Shown one piece after another: positions 54,929 to 63,721 of a stretch of DNA of 64,000 bases (position 1 is the stretch's first letter; each line of letters opens with the position of its first letter). The position numbers were made by a program, and so were the translations under genes. The notes under the pieces were generated by a model. That model was not told the origin of the DNA and did no database searches. It worked only from the letters and a program-made list of their open reading frames with translations. The DNA comes from Methylibium sp. (GTDB lineage Bacteria > Pseudomonadota > Gammaproteobacteria > Burkholderiales > Burkholderiaceae_C), in NCBI GenBank assembly GCA_031414975.1, contig JANOQS010000123.1, positions 1,155 through 65,154 on the forward strand, in the 5' to 3' direction.

Positions 54929-55855
54929 GATTCTAGCGCGCGCTGCCGGGTCTTCGGGTGGGGTGACGCGGCGTGTCGCATGCCACCCGTCCGCGCTGTA
55001 GACCAGCAGCGCCGCCCAGATCAACCCGAACCCGACCAGCCGCTGCGCAGTCAGCGGCTCGCGGAACAGCCACACGCCCAGCACGAACTGGATCGTCGGG
55101 CCCAGGTACTGCAGCAGGCCCAGCGTGGTCAGCGTGATGCGGCGCGCGCCGGCGGCGAACAGCAGCAGCGGGATGGCCGTGACCGGGCCGACGCCGATGA
55201 GCCACAGGTCGGTCTTCCAGTCAGCGGCCGGAAAGTGAGACGTGCCCTGCGCCCACCACCACGCCAGCGCCACGAAGGCTAACGGCGTGAGCAACAGCGT
55301 CTCCAGGGTCAGCCCCTCCAGAGCCCCCAGCACGGCCACCTTGCGCAGCAGCCCGTAGGTGCCGAACGAGGCGGCCAGCACCAGCGCGATCCAGGGCAGT
55401 TGCCCGCTTTGCCAGGTCATCCACGCCACGCCGGCCGTGGCCAGCGAGAGCGCGGCCCATTGCGCCGGCCGCGGGCGCTCGTGCAGCACTGTGGTCCCCA
55501 GCAGCACGTTGACCAGCGGGGTGATGAAGTAGCCCAGGCTCGAGTCGAGCACGTGGCCGTGCGTCACGGCCCAGATGTAGATGCCCCAGTTGGTGGCCAG
55601 CAGCAGCGCGCTCGCGGTGAACGCCAGCAGCACCTTCGGCTGGCGCAGCAGCGGCCGCAGCCAGGCCCATTGCTGCCGTACGGCCAGCAGCGCCAGCAGG
55701 AACACCAGCGACCACAGCACACGATGCGCCACCACCTCGGCCGGCGGGATCGCGGCGAGCGGCAGGAAGTAGAGCGGGAACAGCCCCCAGCAGATGTAGG
55801 CCAGGGCGGCGTAGATGATTCCGCGGTGCATGGGCGGGTGCGCCCTGCCGGGCAT
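54926..55855 (-). CDS. rarD: EamA/RarD family transporter
   Basis: 10-TM DMT protein with the RarD-like motif GYFITPLVNVLLG. The start is uncertain (55855 or 55831). Confidence 0.85.
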   Translation of the reverse strand: MPGRAHPPMHRGIIYAALAYICWGLFPLYFLPLAAIPPAEVVAHRVLWSLVFLLALLAVRQQWAWLRPLLRQPKVLLAFTASALLLATNWGIYIWAVTHGHVLDSSLGYFITPLVNVLLGTTVLHERPRPAQWAALSLATAGVAWMTWQSGQLPWIALVLAASFGTYGLLRKVAVLGALEGLTLETLLLTPLAFVALAWWWAQGTSHFPAADWKTDLWLIGVGPVTAIPLLLFAAGARRITLTTLGLLQYLGPTIQFVLGVWLFREPLTAQRLVGFGLIWAALLVYSADGWHATRRVTPPEDPAARARI

Positions 55856-56021
55856 CTTCAACGAACGGTCAAGGATTGTCGCCGAGCCGTGCCGCGTCGC
55901 CACGGAGACCGTCTTCGGCTGCGTATCGGAAAGCTTCATCCAAATCTCGCCTGCAGTTCGTGACTTCGTGAGGGGGCGTGTCGCACCCTGGTGGCCTTGA
56001 AGAACATGTGATGAGGCCGCC

Positions 56022-56828
56022 ATGGAAATGCTTCTTCTGCTCCCGCCGCTCGACTCAAAGGGGGTGAAGTCCGCAAGTGATCGCACGCGGAGCCTGGCCT
56101 GCGCCGCACTGGTTGTGGCGCTCCATGTTGTTGGCGCCGCCCAGGCCCAGACGCTGTTGACCGCCGTCGACCCCGCTGTCTACCCCGCTGTCGACCCCGC
56201 TGTCGTTCCCGCTGTCGTTCCCGTTCGCGAGACCGCTGCCGGCGCGCCCGTGCCAGCCGCAGGTGAAATCCTGTATCTGTTCCAGCGCATCGCGCTGGCG
56301 CATTCAGCACGCTCGGCCACGATTTCCATCGACTTCACGCCCAGCGCGTGGCGTGTCGGCTCGCCCGAAGGGCCGGCGGCAACCCTGGCTCAGGTGAAAT
56401 CGGTGTTCGGCCAGCTCCAGCCTGTCATCGTGGCTGGCCGGTGCCTCCAAGTCGCCGATGGCGCGGCGCTGCGCCCTTGCGCGGTTGCGTTGGGGAGGCC
56501 GGACTTCGCGGGCATCTTCAACCCGGAGCTCCCGGGTGAGGTGTTCGGGTGGGTGGCCACCGCGCCCTCGACGAAGCTCGGTGGCGGCGACACGGCGTCG
56601 ACGGCGATGCGCTATTTCGGCCTGCTGTCGCCGATGCACTACGCCGGCCGCGCAAGCCCTGGCGCGCTGGTCGCGCTCCGATATCGAGAGGCGGCTTCGA
56701 TGCAGTTGCCCCATGGCCTGGCCCCCAGCGCGGCGAGCCTGATCATTCACAACGACCGCCTGCCGGTGGTCACTGGGCGAACGCCTGCGGCCTGCGAGGC
56801 GCTGGCGCGGAGGGTGGCTGGCCGATAG
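56022..56828 (+). CDS. Hypothetical secreted protein with an N-proximal (VxPA)5 repeat
   Basis: Signal-like LACAALVVALHVVGAAQA. Good GC3, whereas the opposite-strand ORF is Arg-rich. No family recognised. Confidence 0.5.
   Translation: MEMLLLLPPLDSKGVKSASDRTRSLACAALVVALHVVGAAQAQTLLTAVDPAVYPAVDPAVVPAVVPVRETAAGAPVPAAGEILYLFQRIALAHSARSATISIDFTPSAWRVGSPEGPAATLAQVKSVFGQLQPVIVAGRCLQVADGAALRPCAVALGRPDFAGIFNPELPGEVFGWVATAPSTKLGGGDTASTAMRYFGLLSPMHYAGRASPGALVALRYREAASMQLPHGLAPSAASLIIHNDRLPVVTGRTPAACEALARRVAGR
56166..56225 (+). repeat. 12-bp tandem repeat x5 (GTCGACCCCGCT variants)
   Basis: In frame it encodes VDPA-VYPA-VDPA-VVPA-VVPV. Confidence 0.9.
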
Positions 56829-56879
56829 GCGCACGATTCAAGGCGGTGCGTTCCGTGAGCCTTCTGCCGCGGCCCCGGC

Positions 56880-57437
56880 CTACTTGCGCGCCGGCGGCGG
56901 CTGCATCGGCTTCAGGTCGCCGCAGTCCGCGCCGATCCACTTGGCCGTGATCGTCATGCGCGTGGTCTGCGGCTTGCCCTGGTGCTGCGAGGTCATCAGC
57001 GTCTTGACGGTGTAGTTCTCGAGGTTGGCGAACAGCGCTTCGCCGTCCATCTCGAACTCGGGCTGGGTGCAGACCGAGCGCCACTTCCAGGCGTTGGCGC
57101 TGCGGCTGGTGATGTCGGTCTTGCAGCGTTCGCCGTCGCCTTTCCAGCGCCCCTGGTCGAGCGACTCGCGGGTGTGGCAGACCTTCTGCAGGCCACCGCC
57201 CTGGCCCATGTCGACGCCGCGCTGCTTCATCATCGCTTCCATCTGCTTGCGCGCCGCGGGCGGCAGGCTCTGCATCTGCTCCATCGGGTCGGGCGCTTTC
57301 TGGCCGTTGATTTCGCGTTCGCTCTGCACCTGCCACAGGCCGGGCTTGATGGGCGGTGCACCCTGGGCCTGCGCTGCCAGCGTGGCGCTGCCGAGCAGGG
57401 TGATGAGGATCAGGCGGCGAAAGGCGGTGCGGTTCAT
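56880..57437 (-). CDS. DUF3617-like secreted/lipoprotein
   Basis: Signal peptide MNRTAFRRLILITLLGSATLAAQA, then PGLWQV and spaced Cys residues typical of DUF3617 (from memory). Confidence 0.65.
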   Translation of the reverse strand: MNRTAFRRLILITLLGSATLAAQAQGAPPIKPGLWQVQSEREINGQKAPDPMEQMQSLPPAARKQMEAMMKQRGVDMGQGGGLQKVCHTRESLDQGRWKGDGERCKTDITSRSANAWKWRSVCTQPEFEMDGEALFANLENYTVKTLMTSQHQGKPQTTRMTITAKWIGADCGDLKPMQPPPARK

Positions 57438-57607
57438 GGGGGCTCCTCGGGTGGGTTCGGCAGGTCCGATCATCGGGCGCCGAGGTGGCTTGGTCACGTC
57501 GGCGTGGCCACGCCTCTGCGCTATCACAACTTTTTACACACATCCCATAAATGCTCCCCCTACGGGGGGATGTTTTGTCGAGCTCGGCGTTTCAGAATGT
57601 GGTTCTC

Positions 57608-58144
57608 ATGCCGCAAACCTACAACGTCGGCGCCCGTTCGCGCTTCGTCACTGCCACCGCCTGGGTCTTCATCGTGCTGGCGGCGCTGGCCTGCGTGTCG
57701 GCGCTGGTGCAGAACGCGGCGGTCACGTCGATCCTGCCGGGCCTGCAGCGCAAGGCGCCGTCGCTGCCGTTGCTGACCGGCCTGCTGGTGGGTTACCTGC
57801 CGTGGGTGGTGGGCACCGGGCTGGTGGTGTCGTTTGCCACCTTGGCCTCGGCGATCGGGTTGCTGCTGCGCTTGAACTGGGCGCGCCGGGTGTTCATCGG
57901 CATGCTGGTGTTTGCCATCGTGGCCAACCTGGCCGGCATGTGGCTGCAGCACGAGGTGGTGCAGTCGGTGGTCAGCAGCACGCTCAGCAGCGCGCCGATC
58001 CCGGCCCAGGTGCTCGACGTGTTCGGCGGCTTCGTCACCGCGGCCAAGGTCATGGCCATCGTGATGACTTTGTGCGCCTGCGCCGTGCTGGCCTGGATTA
58101 TCCGGCGCCTGATGTCGGCCAGCATCCTGCAAGAGTTCGCCTGA
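57608..58144 (+). CDS. Hypothetical membrane protein (about 4 TM)
   Basis: Hydrophobic segments and good GC3. No family recognised. Confidence 0.5.
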   Translation: MPQTYNVGARSRFVTATAWVFIVLAALACVSALVQNAAVTSILPGLQRKAPSLPLLTGLLVGYLPWVVGTGLVVSFATLASAIGLLLRLNWARRVFIGMLVFAIVANLAGMWLQHEVVQSVVSSTLSSAPIPAQVLDVFGGFVTAAKVMAIVMTLCACAVLAWIIRRLMSASILQEFA

Positions 58145-58169
58145 GCGGGCGCCCGGGTTGCCTTGCGCG

Positions 58170-58586
58170 TCAGCGCAAATTGCCGTCCACGTCACCATCC
58201 ACATAGAACCAGCGCCCGCCTTCGCGCACGAAGCGGCTGGTTTCGTGCAGGCGTTGCGCGCGGCCGGCGAGCTTGTTTCGGGCGATGAATTCGACCACCG
58301 CGTGCGCGTCGTCCTGCGGTTCGTGGCGGCGCACTTCCAGGCCCAGCCACTTCAGCGCCGGCGGGTCGGCTTCGAGTGCCGGCGGCCGGGTGCCGGGGTG
58401 CCAGGTGGCGAGCAGGTAGTCGCGCCGGCCCAGCACGCAGGCGCTGTAGCGCGAGCGCATCAGCGCTTCGGCGGTCGGCGCCTGCAGGTGCTGCGGGCCG
58501 GCGTGGTAGCGGCCGCAGCAGGCGGCGAGCGCGGCGGTGCTGCCGCAGGGGCACGGGCCGGGGTCGGCGGTGGTGGCTGCGCTCAT
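58170..58586 (-). CDS. YchJ / UPF0225 SEC-C-motif protein
   Basis: N-terminal CPCGS...CCGRYH SEC-C-like motif plus an NTF2-like body. ATGA overlap with the upstream gene. Confidence 0.8.
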   Translation of the reverse strand: MSAATTADPGPCPCGSTAALAACCGRYHAGPQHLQAPTAEALMRSRYSACVLGRRDYLLATWHPGTRPPALEADPPALKWLGLEVRRHEPQDDAHAVVEFIARNKLAGRAQRLHETSRFVREGGRWFYVDGDVDGNLR

Positions 58587-59596
58587 GACAGTTCGAGCTC
58601 CCAGGTCTCGCCCACCAGCGCGTGGCCGAAACTGGTGTGCGCTTCGCTGGCCACGAGCCGGTAACCGGCCTGGGTGTAGATACCGCGGGCGGCCAGCAGC
58701 ACGCTGTTGGTCCACAGCACGATCTTGCGGTAACCCACCTGGCGCGCAAAGCGCTCGCATTCATCCACCAGGCGCTGGCCCAGCCCCAAGCCGCGCGCGG
58801 CCGGCTCGACCAGCAACATGCGCAGTTGCGCCACGCCCGGCAGCGGGGTCTGGGTCGCGTCGTCGCGCGCCTGCACCAGGAACACGCTGCCCACATTGGC
58901 GCCGTCGCGCTCGGCGATCCAGCAAGCCTCGCGCGCGGCGTCGAAACGCTCGATGAAGTCGGCCGCAATGCGCGCCACCAGCGCCTCGAAGCGCAGGTCC
59001 CAGTGGTACTCGGTGGCATACAGCGCGCCGTGGCGCGACACCACCCAGCCCATGTCGCCGGGCCGGTGCGGCCGCAGCAGGTACGGGGGCTTGTGGCGCG
59101 CGCTGCTGTTGCCGCTGCCACCGGCGTCGGTGGCGAGCAGTTTTTCGAGCGTGGCCATGGCTTGCAGCAGTTGCTGCTGCTGCGGCTCGGTCAGGCCGGC
59201 CAGCAGGCTGCTCACGTCGGCCTGCGAGCGGGTGTTCAGCGGCGCAAAGGCGCGCCGGCCGGCGGCTGACAGGCTCAGGCGCTGCTGGCGCGCGTCGTCG
59301 CTGGAGCGTGCGCGCTTGATCAGCCCGCGCTGCGTGAAGCCGCTCAACAGGCGGCTCAGGTAGCCGGGGTCGAGCTTGAGTTCGCGCGCCAGTTCGGTGG
59401 CGGTTGGGCCGCTGGGGCCGCCAGGGCCGTCGCGGTGCGCCAGTTCCCACAGCAGGCGTGATTCGGTCAGCGAGAAGCGCGTGTCCAGCAGCCCTTCGTG
59501 CAGCACGCCGATGCGGCGCGTGTAGAAGCGGTTGAACTCGCGCACGGCTTCGATGCGGGCGGGCAGGGGGTCGGGGTCGGGTGTCACGGTGGGCAT
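58583..59596 (-). CDS. MarR-type HTH fused to a GNAT N-acetyltransferase
   Basis: N-terminal winged-helix FSLTESRLLWELAH...ATELARELKLDPGYLSRLL. C-terminal GNAT RGLGLGQRLV. Confidence 0.85.
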   Translation of the reverse strand: MPTVTPDPDPLPARIEAVREFNRFYTRRIGVLHEGLLDTRFSLTESRLLWELAHRDGPGGPSGPTATELARELKLDPGYLSRLLSGFTQRGLIKRARSSDDARQQRLSLSAAGRRAFAPLNTRSQADVSSLLAGLTEPQQQQLLQAMATLEKLLATDAGGSGNSSARHKPPYLLRPHRPGDMGWVVSRHGALYATEYHWDLRFEALVARIAADFIERFDAAREACWIAERDGANVGSVFLVQARDDATQTPLPGVAQLRMLLVEPAARGLGLGQRLVDECERFARQVGYRKIVLWTNSVLLAARGIYTQAGYRLVASEAHTSFGHALVGETWELELS

Positions 59597-59610
59597 TCTT
59601 TCCCATCTAC

Positions 59611-59646
59611 TTGCCAAAAGCAACTTATTACTTGCCTAAAGATTGC
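59611..59646. promoter_or_regulatory. Repeated TTGCC-N-AAAG motifs upstream of MarR-GNAT (candidate MarR operator)
   Basis: TTGCCAAAAGCAA (small palindrome) and CTTGCCTAAAGATTGC, 20 nt apart, in the AT-richer divergent region. Confidence 0.35.
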
Positions 59647-59703
59647 TTTGACGTTCTTGCGTCTTGCTGGTCGCACCCCTCGAAACAGAGGGGCTTGCAT
59701 CAA

Positions 59704-59725
59704 AGACTGTATAAAACTACAGTCT
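59704..59725. promoter_or_regulatory. LexA SOS box
   Basis: AGACTGT-ATAAAACT-ACAGTCT. CTGT-N8-ACAG core with 7-bp perfect arms, 4 nt before the imuA ATG. Confidence 0.75.
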
Positions 59726-59729
59726 TCAA

Positions 59730-60598
59730 ATGGACCTTCTGCCCGCTGCCGTTTTCTCCCCCGCGCCGGTGCTCCCGGCGACGCGGGGCGAGCAGGTGGC
59801 GCTTCCTGCACCGCCACCCGCGCCGGCCAAACTCAGGCTAAGCCCTGAAACCCTGCACCCCGCGCTGTGGCTCGGCCACCAGCTCGGGCGCCAGGCCGAA
59901 CACGCGGTGGCGAGCGGTTTTGCCGCGCTCGACGCCCAGTTGCCCGGCGGCGGCTGGCCGCGCCGCGTGCTCACCGAGCTGCTGCTGGCGCACCCCGGCG
60001 TGGGCGAAATCCGCCTGCTCGCGCCCAGCCTGGCGGCCACGCAGGCAGCCGGCAGGCTGGTGATGCTGTTCGACCCGCCGGCCGCGCTGTCGGCCTGGCG
60101 CTGGCGTCGCTGGGTTTCGACGTCGAGCAACTGCTGGTCATCAACACCCGCGCGCGGGTCATTCCGGGCAGCGACAGCTTGTGGGCCTTCGAGCAGGCCT
60201 TGAAGAGCGGCCACGTGGGTGCGCTGGTGGCCTGGTTGCCGCCGCGCCTGCGCGCCGAGCGCCTGCGCCGCCTGCAACTGGCCGCGCAGGCGCACGACGG
60301 CCCGGCCTTCGTGCTGCGTGAAATGGCCGCCCAGCAGCGCCCCAGTGCCGCGCCGCTGCGCCTGGAACTGCGCCCCGGGGGGGCTGACGTGCTGCGCTTG
60401 AGCGTGCTCAAGCGCCGTGGCCCGCCGTTGGCGTCGCCGCTGCAACTGGCGCTGCCGCCGGTGCTGTCGGGCGTGGCGCGGCAGCGCGCGGCGGCGGGGG
60501 TGCTGAACAGTGCGCAAGACGGCGCGCACCGCGAGGCAGCCCACCGTGCGCAAGAGACCGCCAGCCTACAGGCCGCCACCTTCGTCAATCTGGCGTGA
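59730..60598 (+). pseudogene. imuA: imuA (SOS mutagenesis cassette), apparently split by a -1 frame change near 60085-60100
   Basis: Frame 1 gives ALDAQLPGGGWPRRVLTELLLAHPGVGEIRLLAP...MLFDPP. Frame 3 continues LASLGFDVEQLLVI...SGHVGALVAWLP...APLRLELRP...LKRRGPP. Confidence 0.65.
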
Positions 60599-60655
60599 TG
60601 CGCTGCGTCTTCTCTTTGATCCGAGCCTGTCCCACCAGCCTGTTTGAGTCTGCCC

Positions 60656-62353
60656 GTGCTCTGGATTGCCCTGCATCTGCCGTTGCTGTCGCTCGAATCG
60701 TTTGCGGCCACGCTGCATGCCGAGCTCCAGGCCAACAAACCCACCCCCGACCCCGCGACTGAACCTGCCCCCACGCCCACCACCGACCCCCCGCTGGCGC
60801 TGATGGACGCGCGCTGCATCGTCAGCGCCAACCCGGCGGCCCGGGCGCTGGGCGTCAAGCCGGGCCTGAAGCGTGCCACCGCGCTGGCGCTGGCGCCGCG
60901 CCTCGTGCTGGGCCAGGCCAACCCGGCGCGTGACGCCCAGGCGCTGCTGGCGGTGGCGCATGCGGCGCTGGCCTTCACGCCCGGCGTGGCCCTGCAGCCG
61001 GCGCACGACCCGGCGCAGCCGGCCCACACCGTGCTGCTCGACGTGCAGCGCAGCCTGCGCTATTTCGGCGGCCTGCAGGCCCTGAAGCAGCGTCTGCAGC
61101 AGGCGCTGGCGCCGCTGGGCCACCGCATTCACACCGTCAGCGCGCCCACGGCCCAGGGCGCGGCGCTGCTGGCGCGCGTGCACCGCGAGTGGCATGGCAG
61201 CGACCTGAACACGCTGCACACTGCGCTCGACGCCGCGCCGGTGTGGCTGCTCGGCCCCGGCCGCGAACACTGGGACGCGCTCCAGGGCATGGGCCTGCGC
61301 ACCCTGGGCGACCTGAAGCGCCTGCCGCGCGCCGGCCTGGCGCGGCGCTTCGGCGAAACGCTGCTGGACGAACTCGACCGTGCGTTCGGCACCCGGCCCG
61401 ACCCGCGCGAGCCCATCACCCTGCCGCTGGCGTTCGAAAGCCGGCTCGAACTCTTTGCCCGCGCCGACACGACCGAGCAGGTGCTGTTCGGTGCCGGCGT
61501 GCTGCTGCAGCGCCTGGTGGCCTGGCTGAGCGCGCAGCACGCGTTCGTGCGCCGCTTCAGCCTGGTGATGCAGCACGAGCCGCGCCGCCGCAGCGGCCCC
61601 GAGGCAGCCACGTCCACCCGGCTCGACATCGCGCTGGCCGAACCCTCGCGCGACGCCGCCCACCTGCAAGTGCTGCTGCGCGAGCGGCTGGCCGCGCTGC
61701 AGCTGCCCGCGCCCACCCTGGACCTGCAATTGCACGCCGCCGACATCGCCCGGCGCGCCCCGCCCAACACCGAACTGTTCCCCACGCCGGGCAGCGAATC
61801 CGAAGGCCTGACGCGCCTGATCGAACGCCTGCAGGCGCGCCTGGGGCCCGAGCAGGTGCAGCGCCTGGTGCGGGTCGAAGACCACCGGCCCGAACGCGCC
61901 AGCGAGCTGCTGGTGGCCGGGTTGACGGGCATCGCAGTGTCTGAGGCCAAGTCTGTGGCCAAGAGCGTGGCCAAGAGCGTGGCCAAGAACGCCCCAAACA
62001 GCGCGCCAAACAGCGCAGCCAAGGGGCCAGCCAGGAGCGGCACCGCCAGCTTGGCCGCCAAGGGCAGCAACGCGCCCTCAGCGCTGCGTCCGTCCTGCCC
62101 CGTGTGGTTGCTGCACCCCCCCGAACCCCTGACCGAACGCCACTCACGCCCGGTGTTGAACGGCCAGGCGCTGCAACTGCTGAGCGGCCCCGAACGCGTC
62201 GAAGCCGGCTGGTGGGACGGAGGCCTGGCCGAGCGCGACTACTTCATCGCCCAGACGCCCGAAGGCGCGCTGGTGTGGATCTACCGCGCGCGGCTGCCGC
62301 TGTCGGTGGCCGCAGGCCAGCAGGGGTGGTTTTTGCAGGGGCGGTTTGCGTGA
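60656..62353 (+). CDS. imuB: ImuB (Y-family polymerase-like, catalytically inactive type)
   Basis: GTG start gives VLWIALHLPLLSLE, typical of ImuB N-termini. Positioned after imuA. Confidence 0.85.
   Translation: MLWIALHLPLLSLESFAATLHAELQANKPTPDPATEPAPTPTTDPPLALMDARCIVSANPAARALGVKPGLKRATALALAPRLVLGQANPARDAQALLAVAHAALAFTPGVALQPAHDPAQPAHTVLLDVQRSLRYFGGLQALKQRLQQALAPLGHRIHTVSAPTAQGAALLARVHREWHGSDLNTLHTALDAAPVWLLGPGREHWDALQGMGLRTLGDLKRLPRAGLARRFGETLLDELDRAFGTRPDPREPITLPLAFESRLELFARADTTEQVLFGAGVLLQRLVAWLSAQHAFVRRFSLVMQHEPRRRSGPEAATSTRLDIALAEPSRDAAHLQVLLRERLAALQLPAPTLDLQLHAADIARRAPPNTELFPTPGSESEGLTRLIERLQARLGPEQVQRLVRVEDHRPERASELLVAGLTGIAVSEAKSVAKSVAKSVAKNAPNSAPNSAAKGPARSGTASLAAKGSNAPSALRPSCPVWLLHPPEPLTERHSRPVLNGQALQLLSGPERVEAGWWDGGLAERDYFIAQTPEGALVWIYRARLPLSVAAGQQGWFLQGRFA
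61946..62014 (+). repeat. 12-bp in-frame tandem repeats in imuB
   Basis: GCCAAG(TCT/AGC)GTG x3, then GC(C/G)CCAAACAGC x2. Encodes AKSV-AKSV-AKSV-AKN-APNS-APNS. Confidence 0.9.
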
Positions 62354-62366
62354 GCAACGTCCGCGG

Positions 62367-62876
62367 TCAATCCAGCCGATCGCCGGCCTGCGGCGCCAAG
62401 CCGCTGCCGGCCGGCAACCACAGATCCTTCAGCAGCCGCACGCTGTCTTCGCGGCCCTGGTAGTAGCCCGGCAGCAATTCGACCTCGCGGTAGCCCAGGC
62501 GGCGGTAGAAGGCGCGCGCCGGGGCGTTGGCTTCGCGCGCTTCGAGCAGCACCCGGCGCACGCCGGCCACCAGCGCGGCCGCTTCGAGCCAGGCCATCAT
62601 GCTGCTGCCGATGCCGCGCCGGCCCTGCGCCTGCTGCACCGCCAGCAACAGCAGGTGGCCGTCGTCGTCGCCGTAACGCATGATGGCAAACCCCTGCAGG
62701 CGGCCGGCGCCGTCGAGCGCCACCAGCACGTTGGTGTCGGCGTCGCCAATGCTGCGCAGCACGCGCCGCGCGGTCCAGCTCCAGCCCAGGCCGCGTTCGA
62801 TCAGGTCGCGCGACAAGGTGGCAATGGCCTGGGCGTCGCCGCGCCGGGCCAGACGCAGGGTGATGTTGGCGATCAT
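62367..62876 (-). CDS. GNAT family N-acetyltransferase (RimI-like)
   Basis: 169 aa with acetyl-CoA motif QGRRGIGSSMM. ATGA overlap with the upstream gene. Confidence 0.85.
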   Translation of the reverse strand: MIANITLRLARRGDAQAIATLSRDLIERGLGWSWTARRVLRSIGDADTNVLVALDGAGRLQGFAIMRYGDDDGHLLLLAVQQAQGRRGIGSSMMAWLEAAALVAGVRRVLLEAREANAPARAFYRRLGYREVELLPGYYQGREDSVRLLKDLWLPAGSGLAPQAGDRLD

Positions 62877-63721
62877 CGGGCGTCAGTGGCTTCCACCAGC
62901 CGCGCGCCGATCGCGCCGATCGCCTGCGCGGCCGGGCAGCCGGGCACCAGCTCCAGCAGCAGGCGGCGTTTTTGCACCGCCTCGCGCACGGCAGGGTCGA
63001 TCGGGATCTCGCCCAGCAGGTCGAGCCTGACCGGCTCCACCGGCTGCCCCGGGTCTGCGGTCAGCGGCGTGACGTACAGGTCCACCACCTTCTGCAACTG
63101 CCCCCGAACGGTGCGGCCTTCGCCGGCCCGGCTGATCTGGTTGACGACCAGGCGGATGTCGCGCCGCTGCTGCTGCACGGCCAGCACCTTGATGGTGGCG
63201 TAGGCGTCGGTCATCGACGTGGGCTCAGGTGTGGCCACCACGAGCACCTCTTGCGCCAGCGACACCGCGAACAGCACCACGTCGGAAATGCCGGCGCCGG
63301 TGTCGAGCAGGATGCGGTCGTAGCGCGGCGCCAGCGTTTCGACGATCTTGAGCAACTGGTCGCGCACCTCGACCGTCAGGCGCGAGTACTCCACCAGGCC
63401 CGAGCCCGCCAGCAGCACCGAAAAACCGCCCGGCGCCGGCAGGATGGCGTCGTCCAGCGCTGTCTTTCCGGTGAACACGTCGTGCAGGGTGACCTTGGGC
63501 GCCAGGTTCAGCACCACGTCGAGGTTGGCCAGCCCCAGGTCGGCGTCCAGCACCAGCACACGCAGGCCCTGGCGCACCAGCGCCGCCGCCAGGTTGGCCG
63601 CCACGAAGGTCTTGCCCACGCCGCCCTTGCCGCTGGTGATGGCCAGAACGCGGGCGCGCGGGCCGCTGGGGCCGGTCGAGGCCGGAGCCGCTTTCACGAC
63701 GGGGTCGGGCACGGTGCTCAT
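62873..63721 (-). CDS. MinD/ParA-family ATPase (FleN/FlhG-like)
   Basis: Deviant Walker A SGKGGVGKT and LDADLGLANLDV. ATGA overlap with the upstream GGDEF gene. Confidence 0.85.
   Translation of the reverse strand: MSTVPDPVVKAAPASTGPSGPRARVLAITSGKGGVGKTFVAANLAAALVRQGLRVLVLDADLGLANLDVVLNLAPKVTLHDVFTGKTALDDAILPAPGGFSVLLAGSGLVEYSRLTVEVRDQLLKIVETLAPRYDRILLDTGAGISDVVLFAVSLAQEVLVVATPEPTSMTDAYATIKVLAVQQQRRDIRLVVNQISRAGEGRTVRGQLQKVVDLYVTPLTADPGQPVEPVRLDLLGEIPIDPAVREAVQKRRLLLELVPGCPAAQAIGAIGARLVEATDAR

Noticed and set aside
59867-60100. Treating ORF 59867..60598 as an independent intact gene
   Set aside because: Its first 75 or so residues are Arg/Ala-rich nonsense. The overlapping 59730 frame carries the conserved ImuA N-terminal motifs. 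A frame change within one gene explains both better.
52102-62014. Short tandem repeats (52102, 56166, 61946, 37192, 35651) as CRISPR-like arrays
   Set aside because: The units are 6-16 bp, contiguous and without spacers. Most are in frame within coding sequence. No cas genes are present.
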